A program made the translations under genes and the position numbers. Positions 33,988 through 43,891 of a stretch of DNA of 64,000 bases are shown here, in pieces (within the stretch, counting starts at the first letter, position 1; each line of letters starts with the position of its first letter). The notes beneath the pieces are model-generated. The model saw only the letters and a list, made by a program, of their open reading frames with translations. It was not told where the DNA came from and did no database searches. Location: assembly GCA_030041175.1 (NCBI GenBank), contig JASHOK010000006.1:71710-135709 (forward strand). Reading direction: 5' to 3'. Origin of the DNA: Thermoplasmata archaeon. GTDB taxonomy: Archaea > Thermoplasmatota > Thermoplasmata > Lutacidiplasmatales > UBA184.

Positions 33988-35033
33988 CGCTTCCTCTGCT
34001 GCCGGCCGGCGGCGTGCACGTAGTCGACGAGCTCGCGCACACGCTCGGGGTCGGTTTCGGGAAGGACGCCGTGCCCTAAATTGAAGACGTGTGCACGGCC
34101 GTCCGGAATCTCGTCCAGGACCCGCTGCGCCTCTTGGCGGACGGCCTCCGGTGAAGCCAGCAGCACTCCGGGGTCCAGGTTCCCCTGCAACGCCAGATCG
34201 GGGCCGACCCGGGACCGTACCCGGCCCAGCGGCTCGCGCCAGTCGACGCCGAGCGCGTCCGCGCCGGTCCGGCGGAGCAGGTCGAGAAGATGCGCCGATC
34301 CCGTGGAGAAGTAGATCGTCGGGCGGTGGAGCGGCCGCAGCGCAGCGAAAATCCGCTGCAGGGCCGGTAGCAGATGCCGCTCGAAGACCGCCGGCGACAC
34401 GGCGCCGACCCAGGTGTCGAACAGCTGGAGCGCGGCGGCGCCGCTGTCGGACTGCATCCGCAGATAGTCGACGGTCATTCGCTCCAGCCGCTCGATCAGC
34501 CGGTCGAACGTGCCGGGGTCGGCGTAGAGTAGGCGTTTCGTCTCGGCGTACTCCCGCGAAGGCCCTCCTTCGATCAGGTAGGAGGCCAGGGTGAAGGGGC
34601 CGCCGGCGAAGCCGATGATCGGCCGCTCGGACTCGCGCTCCAGGAATCGTTCGATGGCGTGGCCGACGAATGGGACGGAGGCCCGGGCGTCGAACTCGGT
34701 GAGCGCCTCGACGTCCGCGCGGGATCGGAGGGGATGAGGGATCACCGGACCCCGGCCGGGGTCGATCGAGAACGGAACACCCAGACCCGCGAACGGAAGG
34801 GAGATGTCCGCAAACACGACGCCCGCATCGACGTCGTACCGCTGGAGCGGTTCGAGGGTCACCTCGGCCGCCATCTCGGGGTCCCGGGCAATCTCCAGGA
34901 TCGGATGGGCGGCTCGCATCGCCCGGTACCGGGGCAGGTGTCGGCCGGCCTGGCGCATCAGCCAGATGGGCGTGGTGTCGGTCTCTTCTCCGCGCAGCGC
35001 GCGGATCAGACGGTCTCGGCGCATCTCAGGCAC
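33984..35033 (-). CDS. hemE: Uroporphyrinogen decarboxylase
   Basis: TPIWLMRQAGRHLPRYRAMR is the UroD N-terminal signature. Further motifs are FDTW and NLGHG. Confidence 0.92.
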   Translation of the reverse strand: MPEMRRDRLIRALRGEETDTTPIWLMRQAGRHLPRYRAMRAAHPILEIARDPEMAAEVTLEPLQRYDVDAGVVFADISLPFAGLGVPFSIDPGRGPVIPHPLRSRADVEALTEFDARASVPFVGHAIERFLERESERPIIGFAGGPFTLASYLIEGGPSREYAETKRLLYADPGTFDRLIERLERMTVDYLRMQSDSGAAALQLFDTWVGAVSPAVFERHLLPALQRIFAALRPLHRPTIYFSTGSAHLLDLLRRTGADALGVDWREPLGRVRSRVGPDLALQGNLDPGVLLASPEAVRQEAQRVLDEIPDGRAHVFNLGHGVLPETDPERVRELVDYVHAAGRQQRKR

Positions 35034-36330
35034 TCCGAGCGGCCCGGAATCCGGCCCGAAGAGCGGATTCGGCGAGCTGGAGGTCCCGGGGACGGATGGC
35101 CGCCGAAAGGAAGGTGGTCTCTAACGCGGACGGCGGGAGGTAGACCCCGCGGTCCAGCACCGCGTGGAAGAATCGCGCGTAGCGGTTCCGGTCCGACCGT
35201 TCCGCATCCTGGCGGTCCCGAATCGGGCCGCCGGCGAAGAAGAGGCCGAGCATCGACCCTGCGCGCGTCAGCGTTACCGGAGCTCCACCGACCTCGTCCG
35301 ACAGGCGGTGGAGGAGCGCTTCGAGCTGGGCGCCGAGGCGCTCCAGGGTCGAGTAGGTGGACGCCGTCAGACGGTCGAGCATCGCCCGGCCGGCCGCCAT
35401 GGCGACCGGGTTCCCCGAGAGGGTGCCGGCCTGGTAGACGGGTCCGAGCGGTGCGACAACCTCCATCACGTCTCGCCGCCCGCCGTAGGCGCCCACCGGC
35501 ATCCCGCCACCGATGACCTTGCCCAGCGTCACGAGGTCGGCGTGCAGGCCCAGGGATTCGTGAACGGTTCCCCGACGCAGCCGGAAACCGGTGATCACCT
35601 CATCCGCGATGACCAAGGCGCCGTGGTCGTGAGCGAGCCGGGAAACGGCCGATAGGAATCCGGGTTGGGGAAGTACGACCCCCATGTTCCCGGCCACCGG
35701 CTCCACGACGACGGCCGCCACCGCCGATCCCTGCCGTTCGAACAGATCGGCGAGGCTGTCGGGGTCGTTGTACCGGCTCACCAGCGTCTCGCCCACGACG
35801 GCCGACGGCACGCCGGCCGAGTCCGGCAGAGAAGCCGTGGCCACGCCGGAGCCCGCCCGGGCCAGCAGACCATCGGAGTGCCCGTGGTAGCCCCCGTCGA
35901 ACTTCACCACCTTCGAGCGGCCGGTGAAGCCGCGAGCCGCTCGAACCGCACTCATCACCGCCTCGGTGCCGGAGCTCACGAAGCGCAACCGTTCGGCTAC
36001 CGGAACGGCACGGCGAATCTCTTCCGCCAGTTCGTGTTCGAGCGGCGATGGGGCGCCGAACGTGAGTCCGCGCACGGCGGCGGCTCGGACGGCGGCCACG
36101 ACGCCCGGGGGCGCGTTCCCGAGGATGTTGGCGCCCCACGAACTCACCAGGTCGAGATAGCGTCGGCCATCCACGTCGATGAGATACGCGCCGGTCCCCC
36201 GGGCGAAGAAGACCGGGGAACCACCGACCGATCGGAAGGCCCGGACCGGACTGTCCACCCCCCCGACCAGCACCCGGGCGGCCCGTCGGCCCAGTGCACG
36301 GGAACGGCGGCCGGGCGCCGCAGGGCTCAC
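35026..36330 (-). CDS. hemL: Glutamate-1-semialdehyde 2,1-aminomutase
   Basis: The sequence reads GGVDSPVRAF..VGG.P.F..RG.GAYL.DVDG..YLD.V.SWG, then FVSSGTEA, then ALVIADEVITGFR and VTLGKVIGGG (PLP lysine). Confidence 0.93.
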   Translation of the reverse strand: MSPAAPGRRSRALGRRAARVLVGGVDSPVRAFRSVGGSPVFFARGTGAYLIDVDGRRYLDLVSSWGANILGNAPPGVVAAVRAAAVRGLTFGAPSPLEHELAEEIRRAVPVAERLRFVSSGTEAVMSAVRAARGFTGRSKVVKFDGGYHGHSDGLLARAGSGVATASLPDSAGVPSAVVGETLVSRYNDPDSLADLFERQGSAVAAVVVEPVAGNMGVVLPQPGFLSAVSRLAHDHGALVIADEVITGFRLRRGTVHESLGLHADLVTLGKVIGGGMPVGAYGGRRDVMEVVAPLGPVYQAGTLSGNPVAMAAGRAMLDRLTASTYSTLERLGAQLEALLHRLSDEVGGAPVTLTRAGSMLGLFFAGGPIRDRQDAERSDRNRYARFFHAVLDRGVYLPPSALETTFLSAAIRPRDLQLAESALRAGFRAARSA

Positions 36331-37067
36331 AGGAGCCCTTCCGCCAGGTCGATCATGCGCCGGGCCGGGGTGAGGACGCAGGTGAAGATTGGAGTCTCGA
36401 GTGCGGTGTACCGGCTGGCTTCGGTCGGCCGGAGGTCGTTCACGAGGTCGAGAAACTCGGCCGGGGACTCGGACTCGAACGACAGGATGAACTCCGCGTC
36501 ATCGATTCCGAACGAATACCCGGTGTGGATCCGAACCCGCGGATACTTGTGACCGATCCGGAAGTGCTCCCCCATGATCCGTCGCCGCTCCTCGAACGGA
36601 AGCGCGTACCATTCCCGCTTCTTCACGAACGGATACACGAAGAGATAGGGCATATCGAAGGGGCGTCGCTGGACGTCCGACCCCTCCCCGCCATGGGCGT
36701 GCTCGCCGAGATACTCCGAACGGCGGGCCATCCCGAGGTAGGAGTACGGTGTGTCCAGGTAGCCCCCGAGCGGCGTGCCAAAGAGCCGGGAGTGGAACTC
36801 CTGGAGCGGCCCCAACTCCGAGCCGACGCTCCAGACCAGCATTTCCGCCGCGGCCTTGAGCCCCATGAGCGAGTACGTACGGGCGAGGACTCCGTCCGGC
36901 GGGTGGTCGAGCACCCGAACGAGCTCCTGCTTGCCGTCCTCGCGCTCCCCGCGCGGAAGGCGTCGCCACTCCGGCCGAAGGTGAAAGAAGGCGTACCGGA
37001 CGAAGTCGCGGGGGCCCTCGACCTCCTCGGCCGGCGGGGAGCCGGAGGTCGACGCGGGGCCGGTCAC
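36327..37067 (-). CDS. hemQ: Chlorite-dismutase-family protein, coproheme decarboxylase-like (HemQ/ChdC)
   Basis: 246 aa: YAFFHLRPEWRRLP..ER..GKQEL....., ..YSLMGLKAAAEMLVW.., PYLFVYPFVKKREWY.LPFEERRRIM.EH. and SFGIDD.EF.L.FE. It sits inside the heme operon. Confidence 0.8.
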   Translation of the reverse strand: MTGPASTSGSPPAEEVEGPRDFVRYAFFHLRPEWRRLPRGEREDGKQELVRVLDHPPDGVLARTYSLMGLKAAAEMLVWSVGSELGPLQEFHSRLFGTPLGGYLDTPYSYLGMARRSEYLGEHAHGGEGSDVQRRPFDMPYLFVYPFVKKREWYALPFEERRRIMGEHFRIGHKYPRVRIHTGYSFGIDDAEFILSFESESPAEFLDLVNDLRPTEASRYTALETPIFTCVLTPARRMIDLAEGLL

Positions 37068-38083
37068 GGCCCACCCCGAGACCAGTGCGCCACGTCTCGG
37101 GCGAAGTAGGTCACGATGAGGTCGGCTCCGGCCCGTCGGATCGCCGTCAGGGTTTCTTCCACGGCGGCCCGTTCGTCGACGACCCCCGCCGCTGCGGCCG
37201 CCCGCAGCATGGCGTACTCGCCACTCACCTGATACGCCGCGAGTGGTAACAGGAATCGCTGACGGGCCCGGGCCAAGAGGTCCAGGCTCGTCAACGCCGG
37301 CTTGACCATGAGGACATCGGCGCCCTCGGCGACGTCCTGCTCCATTTCCCGGAGCGCCTCTCGGGCGTTCCGGAAGTCCATCTGATATCCCCGACGGTCG
37401 CCGAACTCCGGCGTGGACTGCTCCGCCTCCCGGAACGGACCGTAGAACGACGAGGCGTGTTTGGAGGTGTAGGCCAGAACGCCGGCATCCTCGTGGCCGG
37501 CGCCGTCCAGCGCCGCGCGGATCGCCGCGACCTGTCCGTCCATCATGGCGCTCGGGGCCACCACGTCGGCGCCGGCCTCAGCATGCGCCACCGCTACCCG
37601 GGCGAGACGCTCGCAGGTCGCATCGTTCACCACGGTGCCGTGAGCGACGACACCGCAGTGTCCGTGCGTGGTGTAGGCGCAGAGGCAGACATCCGTGGAG
37701 ATGACCATCTCGGGAGCAGCCCGACGGATCGCCCGAACCGCCTCCGGAACGACTCCGTCCGCCGCCCAGGCATCGCGGCCCTCCGGGTCTTTGCGGCGTC
37801 CTACTCCAAAGAGCAGTACCGAGTGGATGCCCTCGGACGAGAGTTCCCGGGCTAATGCCGAGACCCCACGGACGGAGTACCGGAACACGCCCGGAAAGGA
37901 CGGGATCGGTTCCGGCCTTCCGGTTCCGGGGCGAACGAAGACCGGATAGATGAGCCGCCGCAGCTCGACGGTCGTTTCCGCCACCCACTCCCGCAGGGAG
38001 GGAGAGCGTCGGAGACGCCGGAGCCGGACCCGGGGCACGGTATCACGGCCGACGGCACGAGCGGACCGTCTACGGACTGGCAT
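37064..38083 (-). CDS. hemB: Porphobilinogen synthase (delta-aminolevulinate dehydratase)
   Basis: The sequence reads RLRRLR.SP.LREWV.ET.....LIYP.FV, then ..DVCLC.YT.HGHCG.. and ..APSAMMDG... The active-site Lys context is VLMVKPA and Y.VSGEYAM. Start at the ATG at 38083 (14-nt overlap with the hemD end). The 437-aa track ORF is an upstream extension. Confidence 0.9.
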   Translation of the reverse strand: MPVRRRSARAVGRDTVPRVRLRRLRRSPSLREWVAETTVELRRLIYPVFVRPGTGRPEPIPSFPGVFRYSVRGVSALARELSSEGIHSVLLFGVGRRKDPEGRDAWAADGVVPEAVRAIRRAAPEMVISTDVCLCAYTTHGHCGVVAHGTVVNDATCERLARVAVAHAEAGADVVAPSAMMDGQVAAIRAALDGAGHEDAGVLAYTSKHASSFYGPFREAEQSTPEFGDRRGYQMDFRNAREALREMEQDVAEGADVLMVKPALTSLDLLARARQRFLLPLAAYQVSGEYAMLRAAAAAGVVDERAAVEETLTAIRRAGADLIVTYFARDVAHWSRGGP

Positions 38084-38840
38084 GACGGAGCTCCTGCAAG
38101 AGGCGCTGGGTAAATCGCTGTGCGGTGGTCGGGGCAGCGACGGAGGTCCGCCGGAATCCGAGGTCGGCCGCCGCCCGACGTGAGCGAGACCCCAGCACCA
38201 CGAGCCGGGCGGTGCGGGCCAGCCGGCGGAAGGCAGCGCGACCGAGCTGTCGTCGGGCCTGCACCAGTCCGGACGGGCTTGTAATGACCAGCAGGTCGGC
38301 CCGGGCCAGTCGTTCTTTTTCGCGCGCCGTCCAGCTTCGGCCGGCCCGGAGTCGGTAGACCACGCGTTCGGTAACACGGTGGCCTCGGCGCCGGAGCTTC
38401 CGGGCGAGCTCGACGCCGGCCCGATCCGAGCGGAGGTAGAGAATCCTGCGTCGCGATCTTGCCCCGAGGGCGGAGACCACTGCCACGGAGCCGAGCCCGG
38501 CAGGTCGCCGAACTCGGCGAACGCCGGCCGTCCTCAGCGCGTCCACCGTGCCCGGACCGGCTGCCCAGAATTCGGTGTCCACCAGGGAGGATGGAATGGC
38601 CCGGCTCCAGGGGACTACGCCTGCGGTAACTCCAGCGCGGCTGGTGACCACGACGGTGTCCGGTGGGGCCCTCCGCAGGCTGGGCCCCAGCCAAACCCGG
38701 GGCGAGACCGGTTGGGCCTCGACCGACCGAAGCCGTACGACGTTAACGCCGGCTCGCCGGAGGCGGGCGTCAATTCCGGTCAGGGTTCCCCGGGCCGAGA
38801 CCAGCGCGATCAACGGTCGCGGGGTCCGCTGCGCTCGCAT
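38070..38840 (-). CDS. hemD: Uroporphyrinogen-III synthase
   Basis: 256 aa. It sits between hemC and hemB. It is weakly conserved but shows the two-lobed repeat layout (..LVITSPSGL.., ..VVVTSRAGV..) typical of HemD. Confidence 0.7.
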   Translation of the reverse strand: MRAQRTPRPLIALVSARGTLTGIDARLRRAGVNVVRLRSVEAQPVSPRVWLGPSLRRAPPDTVVVTSRAGVTAGVVPWSRAIPSSLVDTEFWAAGPGTVDALRTAGVRRVRRPAGLGSVAVVSALGARSRRRILYLRSDRAGVELARKLRRRGHRVTERVVYRLRAGRSWTAREKERLARADLLVITSPSGLVQARRQLGRAAFRRLARTARLVVLGSRSRRAAADLGFRRTSVAAPTTAQRFTQRLLQELRHASP

Positions 38841-38843
38841 GCG

Positions 38844-39749
38844 TCACCGAGTCGCGGAGAGCAGCTCATTCGCGCCGGCCTCCAGGAAGTCGCGTCCGAG
38901 CTCCTGACCCAGCGAGTGCGCGGACGCCGCGGGCCCTCTCCGGGACTTCCGGAGCCGGAGCCGTCCGTCCGGCGCTAGCACCTCTCCGACCAGCCCAAGC
39001 GTTCGGCCCCGGGCGACGGCCAGGGCCCCCAGGGGCAGGTTGCAATCCCCACCGAGCTCGGCAGCGAACGCCCGTTCGGCCGTGACTGACGCATGAGTTG
39101 GCGGGTCGTCCAGAGCGCGGGCCAGTGCCGCTACGGGGCCGTCACCCGTTCGTGCGACGACCGCCAGCGCGCCCTGCGCCGGAGCGGGGAGAAAGTCGCG
39201 GAGAGGGAGCCGTCGGCCGATCTCGCTCTCCCGCGCGAGCCGGAGGAGTCCTGCAACGGCGAGGATCGCGGCGTTGACAGCGCCCGAGCGAACCACGCCG
39301 ATCCGGGTGTCCACGTTGCCTCGAATCTCCACGACGTTGAGGTCGGGTCGCCACCGGAGCAGCTGGGCCCGTCGCCGAAGACTGCTCGACCCCACCCGTG
39401 CGCCCGCGGGCAGCGAGCCGACGCGGTGGGGACGACTCGTTACGAGACAGTCGCGGGGATCGGCGCGCACCGGGCAAGCGACAAGGTCGATGCCCGGGTC
39501 CAGCTCGAGGGGAAGATCCTTGGCACTGTGGACCGCCAGATCGATCTCCCCCCGAAGCAACGCGCGGTCGAGCGCGTCGGTAAAATCGGGGGAGCCTCCC
39601 GGGGTCCGGTCCGTATCGCCACTCGCATCGATCGGGACCGCTTCCAACTGGACCCGGGGGTTCCGCCGGTGAAGCCGTGCCAGTACCGAGTCCGTCTGGG
39701 CCCGGGCGAGCGCACTCCTCCGGGTGCCGACCCGGAGTCTATCGGTCAC
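38844..39749 (-). CDS. hemC: Hydroxymethylbilane synthase (porphobilinogen deaminase)
   Basis: Motifs present: LRVGTRRSALARAQT, ..GEIDLAVHSAKDLP.., RGNVDTR, ..PAPAQGALAV.. and the cofactor Cys context GGDCNLPLGA. Confidence 0.92.
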   Translation of the reverse strand: MTDRLRVGTRRSALARAQTDSVLARLHRRNPRVQLEAVPIDASGDTDRTPGGSPDFTDALDRALLRGEIDLAVHSAKDLPLELDPGIDLVACPVRADPRDCLVTSRPHRVGSLPAGARVGSSSLRRRAQLLRWRPDLNVVEIRGNVDTRIGVVRSGAVNAAILAVAGLLRLARESEIGRRLPLRDFLPAPAQGALAVVARTGDGPVAALARALDDPPTHASVTAERAFAAELGGDCNLPLGALAVARGRTLGLVGEVLAPDGRLRLRKSRRGPAASAHSLGQELGRDFLEAGANELLSATR

Positions 39750-41170
39750 GGCTCCGACGGGGCCGGGCGGAGAAGCTCCACCGCCAGCCGTCGCTCGAGG
39801 TCGCCGGCGGGTCCTGCCGGCAGAGAGCGGATTCGCTCCGTGGAGGGAGCGAGCAGCTGAGCCACTAATCTTCGGGTGAGCCGGTCGATGGCGGCCTCCT
39901 GATCCGCATCAAGGGGGCCCAAGAACTTTCGCGCCCGCTCGACCTCGGCCCGCCGGGTCGCCTCCGCGGTGCGATACAACGCATCGATCCAGGGCTCCAG
40001 CAGGAGCCGCTCGATTCGACCCGAGAACCGGTCCGCGAGCTCCTGTACCCGGGCATCCGGCCGCGAGGGGGCCCGAGGGTCTCGGGACCAGGCATGGAGT
40101 TCCTCCAGATCGACGAGCCGGATGCCCGGTCGTTGACGGACGGCGGGATCGATGTTGCGAGGCATGCCTAGATCCACCAAGATCATCGGCCGATCGGGCG
40201 GAAGATCCGCGGCGCGGATTCCGTGGTGGCCGAACTTGGCCGCGGTCACGATCGCGTCCGCGTTCGCCGCTAGGCTCCCCAACCGATCCATGGGCGCCGC
40301 ATCGACGCCGATGTTCCGAAGGAACTCATCGCTCGGAGGCCGGGTGTGGTACACGAGAGTGGCCCGAATATCAGGAGAAAGGCAGCGGGCGACCTGCCGG
40401 CCGACCGTCCCCGACCCCACAACCAGCACCCGCGCCGACGGCGCTGCCAGGAGTGTTCGAAGGTAGGTCACCGCCATCGACGCGATCGACTGCGGGGGAG
40501 CCTCCCCGGAGGCCAGTTCCTGGGCCGTGGATGCGGCTCCCTGCAACACCTCCCGAAGTACGGGCCGCGGATGCCGGCTGAGAACCCGGAAACCGGCGGC
40601 TCGTACCTGCTGGCTGACCTCGAGTTCTCCCCGAGCGAGAGACTCCCGACCGGTCGCGACCCGGAAGAGGTGCCGGACGAGTTCTCGACCGTCGCGGAGC
40701 CGCCAGACACTCTGGGGGCCCGGCAGATCCGCGAGCCAGCGGTCGACACCGGCGGGGTCGCGCAAGAGCAGGACGAGTTCGACCCGGTGGCAGGTGGTTA
40801 GGAGCCCAACCTCCTCGGTGCCGGAGTGGCGCTCAAAGAGCGGGGGGAGTACCTCCAGAGGGAACGACCGAACGATGGATTCTAGCTGGTCCAGCGTGGC
40901 CGTGTCGAAGCTGCACTCGAGTCCGACGAGCGATAGCGGCTGGGTCGGACCCTCGCGTTCGGCCGAGCCGTCCGGCCGGGGGAGGACAAGGCGGTACGCG
41001 GAGAGACGGTTCGCGGGGGTAGATGACACACTCAACCCAGGGCCACGGTTCGAACCGCGGCCGACCTTTATGAGTCGAGGTACGAACCCGGAGCCGGTCC
41101 AGTCCTCCGCCGGAGAAGGTCTCTTCGGCCCCGCGGGGTCGTGGGGTGACTCGGGCCCGGAACGGCTCAA
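39746..41170 (-). CDS. hemA: Glutamyl-tRNA reductase (start uncertain)
   Basis: The sequence reads LLTTCHRVELVLL (catalytic Cys), then ..FRVATGRESL..GE.EV..QVR.., with the NADPH site VLVVGSGTVGRQVA. Alternative in-frame starts are TTG at 41035 and GTG at 41029. The ATG at 41170 adds a Pro/Gly-rich leader of about 45 aa. Confidence 0.85.
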   Translation of the reverse strand: MSRSGPESPHDPAGPKRPSPAEDWTGSGFVPRLIKVGRGSNRGPGLSVSSTPANRLSAYRLVLPRPDGSAEREGPTQPLSLVGLECSFDTATLDQLESIVRSFPLEVLPPLFERHSGTEEVGLLTTCHRVELVLLLRDPAGVDRWLADLPGPQSVWRLRDGRELVRHLFRVATGRESLARGELEVSQQVRAAGFRVLSRHPRPVLREVLQGAASTAQELASGEAPPQSIASMAVTYLRTLLAAPSARVLVVGSGTVGRQVARCLSPDIRATLVYHTRPPSDEFLRNIGVDAAPMDRLGSLAANADAIVTAAKFGHHGIRAADLPPDRPMILVDLGMPRNIDPAVRQRPGIRLVDLEELHAWSRDPRAPSRPDARVQELADRFSGRIERLLLEPWIDALYRTAEATRRAEVERARKFLGPLDADQEAAIDRLTRRLVAQLLAPSTERIRSLPAGPAGDLERRLAVELLRPAPSEP

Positions 41171-41239
41171 GGCCCCCGTCGTCGCCCGAGGGCCGCGAAG
41201 CGTTCATTAGACGGCCCCCGGTCCCGGTCGTCGAGGGGC

Positions 41240-43891
41240 GTGTCGATGCAACCGGTCGTTCCCTTGCTCAGCGACCTCGCCCCCGACGGATTCGATTTCT
41301 CGGGCCAATACATGGTCGAATTCGATGCGGATTCCTTGTGGTACGAAACGTCCCTGACGATCGCCGCACGGGCGCTCGAGGGAGGATTCAAGACCGAATA
41401 CCACGTCTTCGAACATTTTCCGCGCGAGGCCCGTCAGGCGCTCACCCGCCTCGGCGTCGACGCGGCCCGGCTGGAGGCCGACGGCCTCCTGAACATCTGG
41501 GATAGCTACACCGAAACCACCGAGTTCGAGAAGGCGCGGACCACGGGACCCGGCTGGGAAATGGCGGGTCCAAAACCCCTGGACATCGTCCAGGGCGCGG
41601 CCCGGTGGGTAGAACGCACCAAGAAGGGGTTCGATCCGAGGGAAATGCGGTGGCTGCACCTCGACGACAACACGGGCATCTTTCTCCAGTACAACGACGA
41701 GCAGACCGTAGTGGATCGCTGGCGGACGGCGCTCCTTCCGGCCATACGAGCCCGGGAGTGTCCCCACTTTCTCGCCTTTCCCAAGGGCATCGCCTCGGAG
41801 GCGTTCTACACGAAGTTCGAGGCGCTCTGCGATGGAATCATTGACCTGAAGACGGAGGAGGTCGAGGGTCAGGTCGAGCGATTCCTGCGGATCCGACGGT
41901 TGAAGGGTCGGGTCGCCGATTCGCACTGGCATCGACTGGAAATGCAGGCCGACGGAGCGGTCCGACTCGGCCACCCCCCGTCGCTCGGTCCTGCCCGGCG
42001 GCTCGCGGCTATCATGTTCACCGACATGGTGGGGAGCACCCGCGCGGCGCAGGAAGACGAGGCGAGCGCGCTGGAGCTGATCCGGGCCCAGGAAGAGCTG
42101 CTACGGCCCCGATTCTCGGCGCATCAGGGCCGGGTGATCAAGTCGCTGGGAGACGGGTTTCTCGTCGTGTTCGATAGCGCGCTGCGCGCGGTCCAATGCG
42201 CCGTAGACATCCAGCAGGCGATTCGAAGCCGGAATGCCGGCAGCGGGACTCGGCCGATCCAACTCCGGATCGGGGTGCACCTCGGTGACATCGAGGAACG
42301 CGGAAGTGACGTCTTCGGAGATTCGGTCAACATTGCCGCCCGGATCGAACCGTTGGCCGATCCCGAGGGGATTTGCATCACGGAACCCGTGTTCGGACAG
42401 GTCCAGAACAAGATCACGAACCGTTTCGAGAAGCTGGAGCCTCAGACGCTGAAGGATGTACGGTTTCCGGTCGACGTGTACCGGATGCGCATGTCCTGGG
42501 ACCCGGGACCGGCCCTCGCGGCGACCTGGGACCCCCGCCGGGTCGCTGTCATGCCGCTGGTCAACATGATCCCCGACCCCAGTGAGGCGTACTTCGCGGA
42601 TGGCATGACCGAGGAGATCATCTCCGCGATTTCCAAGGTCCGGGACCTTGCCGTTATCTCGAGAACGTCGGTAACACAGTACAAGAACACCACGAAGAAG
42701 GTTGCCGAAATTGCCCGGGACCTGAACGTGGGCACCCTGTTGGAGGGTAGCGTCCGCAAGGCGGGAAACCGGGTCCGGATCGCGGTCCAACTGATCGACG
42801 CCAATAGCGACAAGCACCTGTGGTCCGAGAACTACGACCGTACGCTCGATGACGTGTTCTCCATCCAGAGCGAGATCGCTCAAGGCGTGGCCTCCCGTCT
42901 GCAGGTCACCCTGCTGGACAGTGACCGAAAGCGGCTCGAAAGGGCACCGACGAGGGACCCGGAAGCCCACGCCTTTTTCCTCAAGGGGCGAGCGGCGCAC
43001 GGGCCCGTGAACGCGATCGAGTTCTACCGGAAGGCCGTCGAGAAGGACCCGCGGTATGCGCTGGCCCACGCGTGGCTGGCGATTGCAACTCTCAACCGAG
43101 GGTTCTCGGACATCGTCCCGGCGCTCGACGCCGCCCGGGAGGCGGAGTCGAGCCTCCAGCAGGCGTTGGTCCTGGATCCGGCCCTGCCAGAAGCGCACGC
43201 GGCGCGGGCCTTCGCGCTGTACCTCCGATGGGACTTCGAAGGCGCCCAGACGGAAGCAAACCGAGCGCTCGAGCTGGACCCGAACTCCCACGAGGCCCTC
43301 GCCTATGGCGCGTTCCTGTTGCGGCTCCCGCGACGATTCGAGGAATCAGAGAAGCTGGTCCGGAGGGCGTTGGAGCTGGACCCCCTGTCGCCGGCAACAC
43401 TCCGCGACGCCGGGACGGATCTACTCTACCTGGGTCGGCCGGAGGAGGCCGCCGCTCTCTTCAAGACGGTCCTCGAGATCGAACCCGAGGAAGCGACCGC
43501 GCGCGGTAACCTCGGACTCGCCTGCGTGCAGCAGGGGCTCTTGGACCAAGGGGTCGCGATGATTCGCGACGGGATCCGGATGTCCGGAGGGATCGAGGTG
43601 GCGACGGCCTGCGACCTGTCCTACGCCCTGCGGAAAGCCGACCGGCTCGGCGAGTTGCGCGAGTTTCTCACCGAGGTTCTCGCGTGGTACACGCAGAGGG
43701 GGTACGGCGCCACTGCGCTCGTCGCCGTCTACGCGAACCTCGGGGAGCTCGACCCGGCGTTCGAGTGGTTCGGACGCGCGTTGGACGAGCATTCCGCCTA
43801 CCTGCCCACCGCCGTCTTCGATTTCGCTTTCGAGAATCTGTGGCCCGACCCTCGGTTTGAGTCCCTCAAGGAACGTCTGGGCCTCCGGTGA
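41240..43891 (+). CDS. Multidomain signalling protein: N-terminal RecA/KaiC-like domain lacking a P-loop, class III adenylate/guanylate cyclase domain, TolB-N-like domain, TPR repeats
   Basis: The cyclase core reads RRLAAIMFTDMVGSTRAAQ..GRVIKSLGDGFLVVF......V.CA..IQ......IQLRIGVHLGDIE..G.DVFGDSVNIAARIE. The next domain reads RVAVMPLVNMIPDPSEAYFADGMTEEIISAISKVRDLAVISRTS..., then LLEGSVRKAGNRVRIAVQLIDA. The C-terminal third has TPR-type A..A...A/L..P repeats. The call for the N-terminal 250 aa is a low-confidence inference. Confidence 0.85.
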   Translation: MSMQPVVPLLSDLAPDGFDFSGQYMVEFDADSLWYETSLTIAARALEGGFKTEYHVFEHFPREARQALTRLGVDAARLEADGLLNIWDSYTETTEFEKARTTGPGWEMAGPKPLDIVQGAARWVERTKKGFDPREMRWLHLDDNTGIFLQYNDEQTVVDRWRTALLPAIRARECPHFLAFPKGIASEAFYTKFEALCDGIIDLKTEEVEGQVERFLRIRRLKGRVADSHWHRLEMQADGAVRLGHPPSLGPARRLAAIMFTDMVGSTRAAQEDEASALELIRAQEELLRPRFSAHQGRVIKSLGDGFLVVFDSALRAVQCAVDIQQAIRSRNAGSGTRPIQLRIGVHLGDIEERGSDVFGDSVNIAARIEPLADPEGICITEPVFGQVQNKITNRFEKLEPQTLKDVRFPVDVYRMRMSWDPGPALAATWDPRRVAVMPLVNMIPDPSEAYFADGMTEEIISAISKVRDLAVISRTSVTQYKNTTKKVAEIARDLNVGTLLEGSVRKAGNRVRIAVQLIDANSDKHLWSENYDRTLDDVFSIQSEIAQGVASRLQVTLLDSDRKRLERAPTRDPEAHAFFLKGRAAHGPVNAIEFYRKAVEKDPRYALAHAWLAIATLNRGFSDIVPALDAAREAESSLQQALVLDPALPEAHAARAFALYLRWDFEGAQTEANRALELDPNSHEALAYGAFLLRLPRRFEESEKLVRRALELDPLSPATLRDAGTDLLYLGRPEEAAALFKTVLEIEPEEATARGNLGLACVQQGLLDQGVAMIRDGIRMSGGIEVATACDLSYALRKADRLGELREFLTEVLAWYTQRGYGATALVAVYANLGELDPAFEWFGRALDEHSAYLPTAVFDFAFENLWPDPRFESLKERLGLR

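Noticed and set aside
37064-38377. 437-aa version of hemB
   Set aside because: The extra 98 N-terminal codons overlap hemD and are Pro/Ser/Trp-rich with no ALAD homology. The ATG at 38083 gives the canonical N-terminus.
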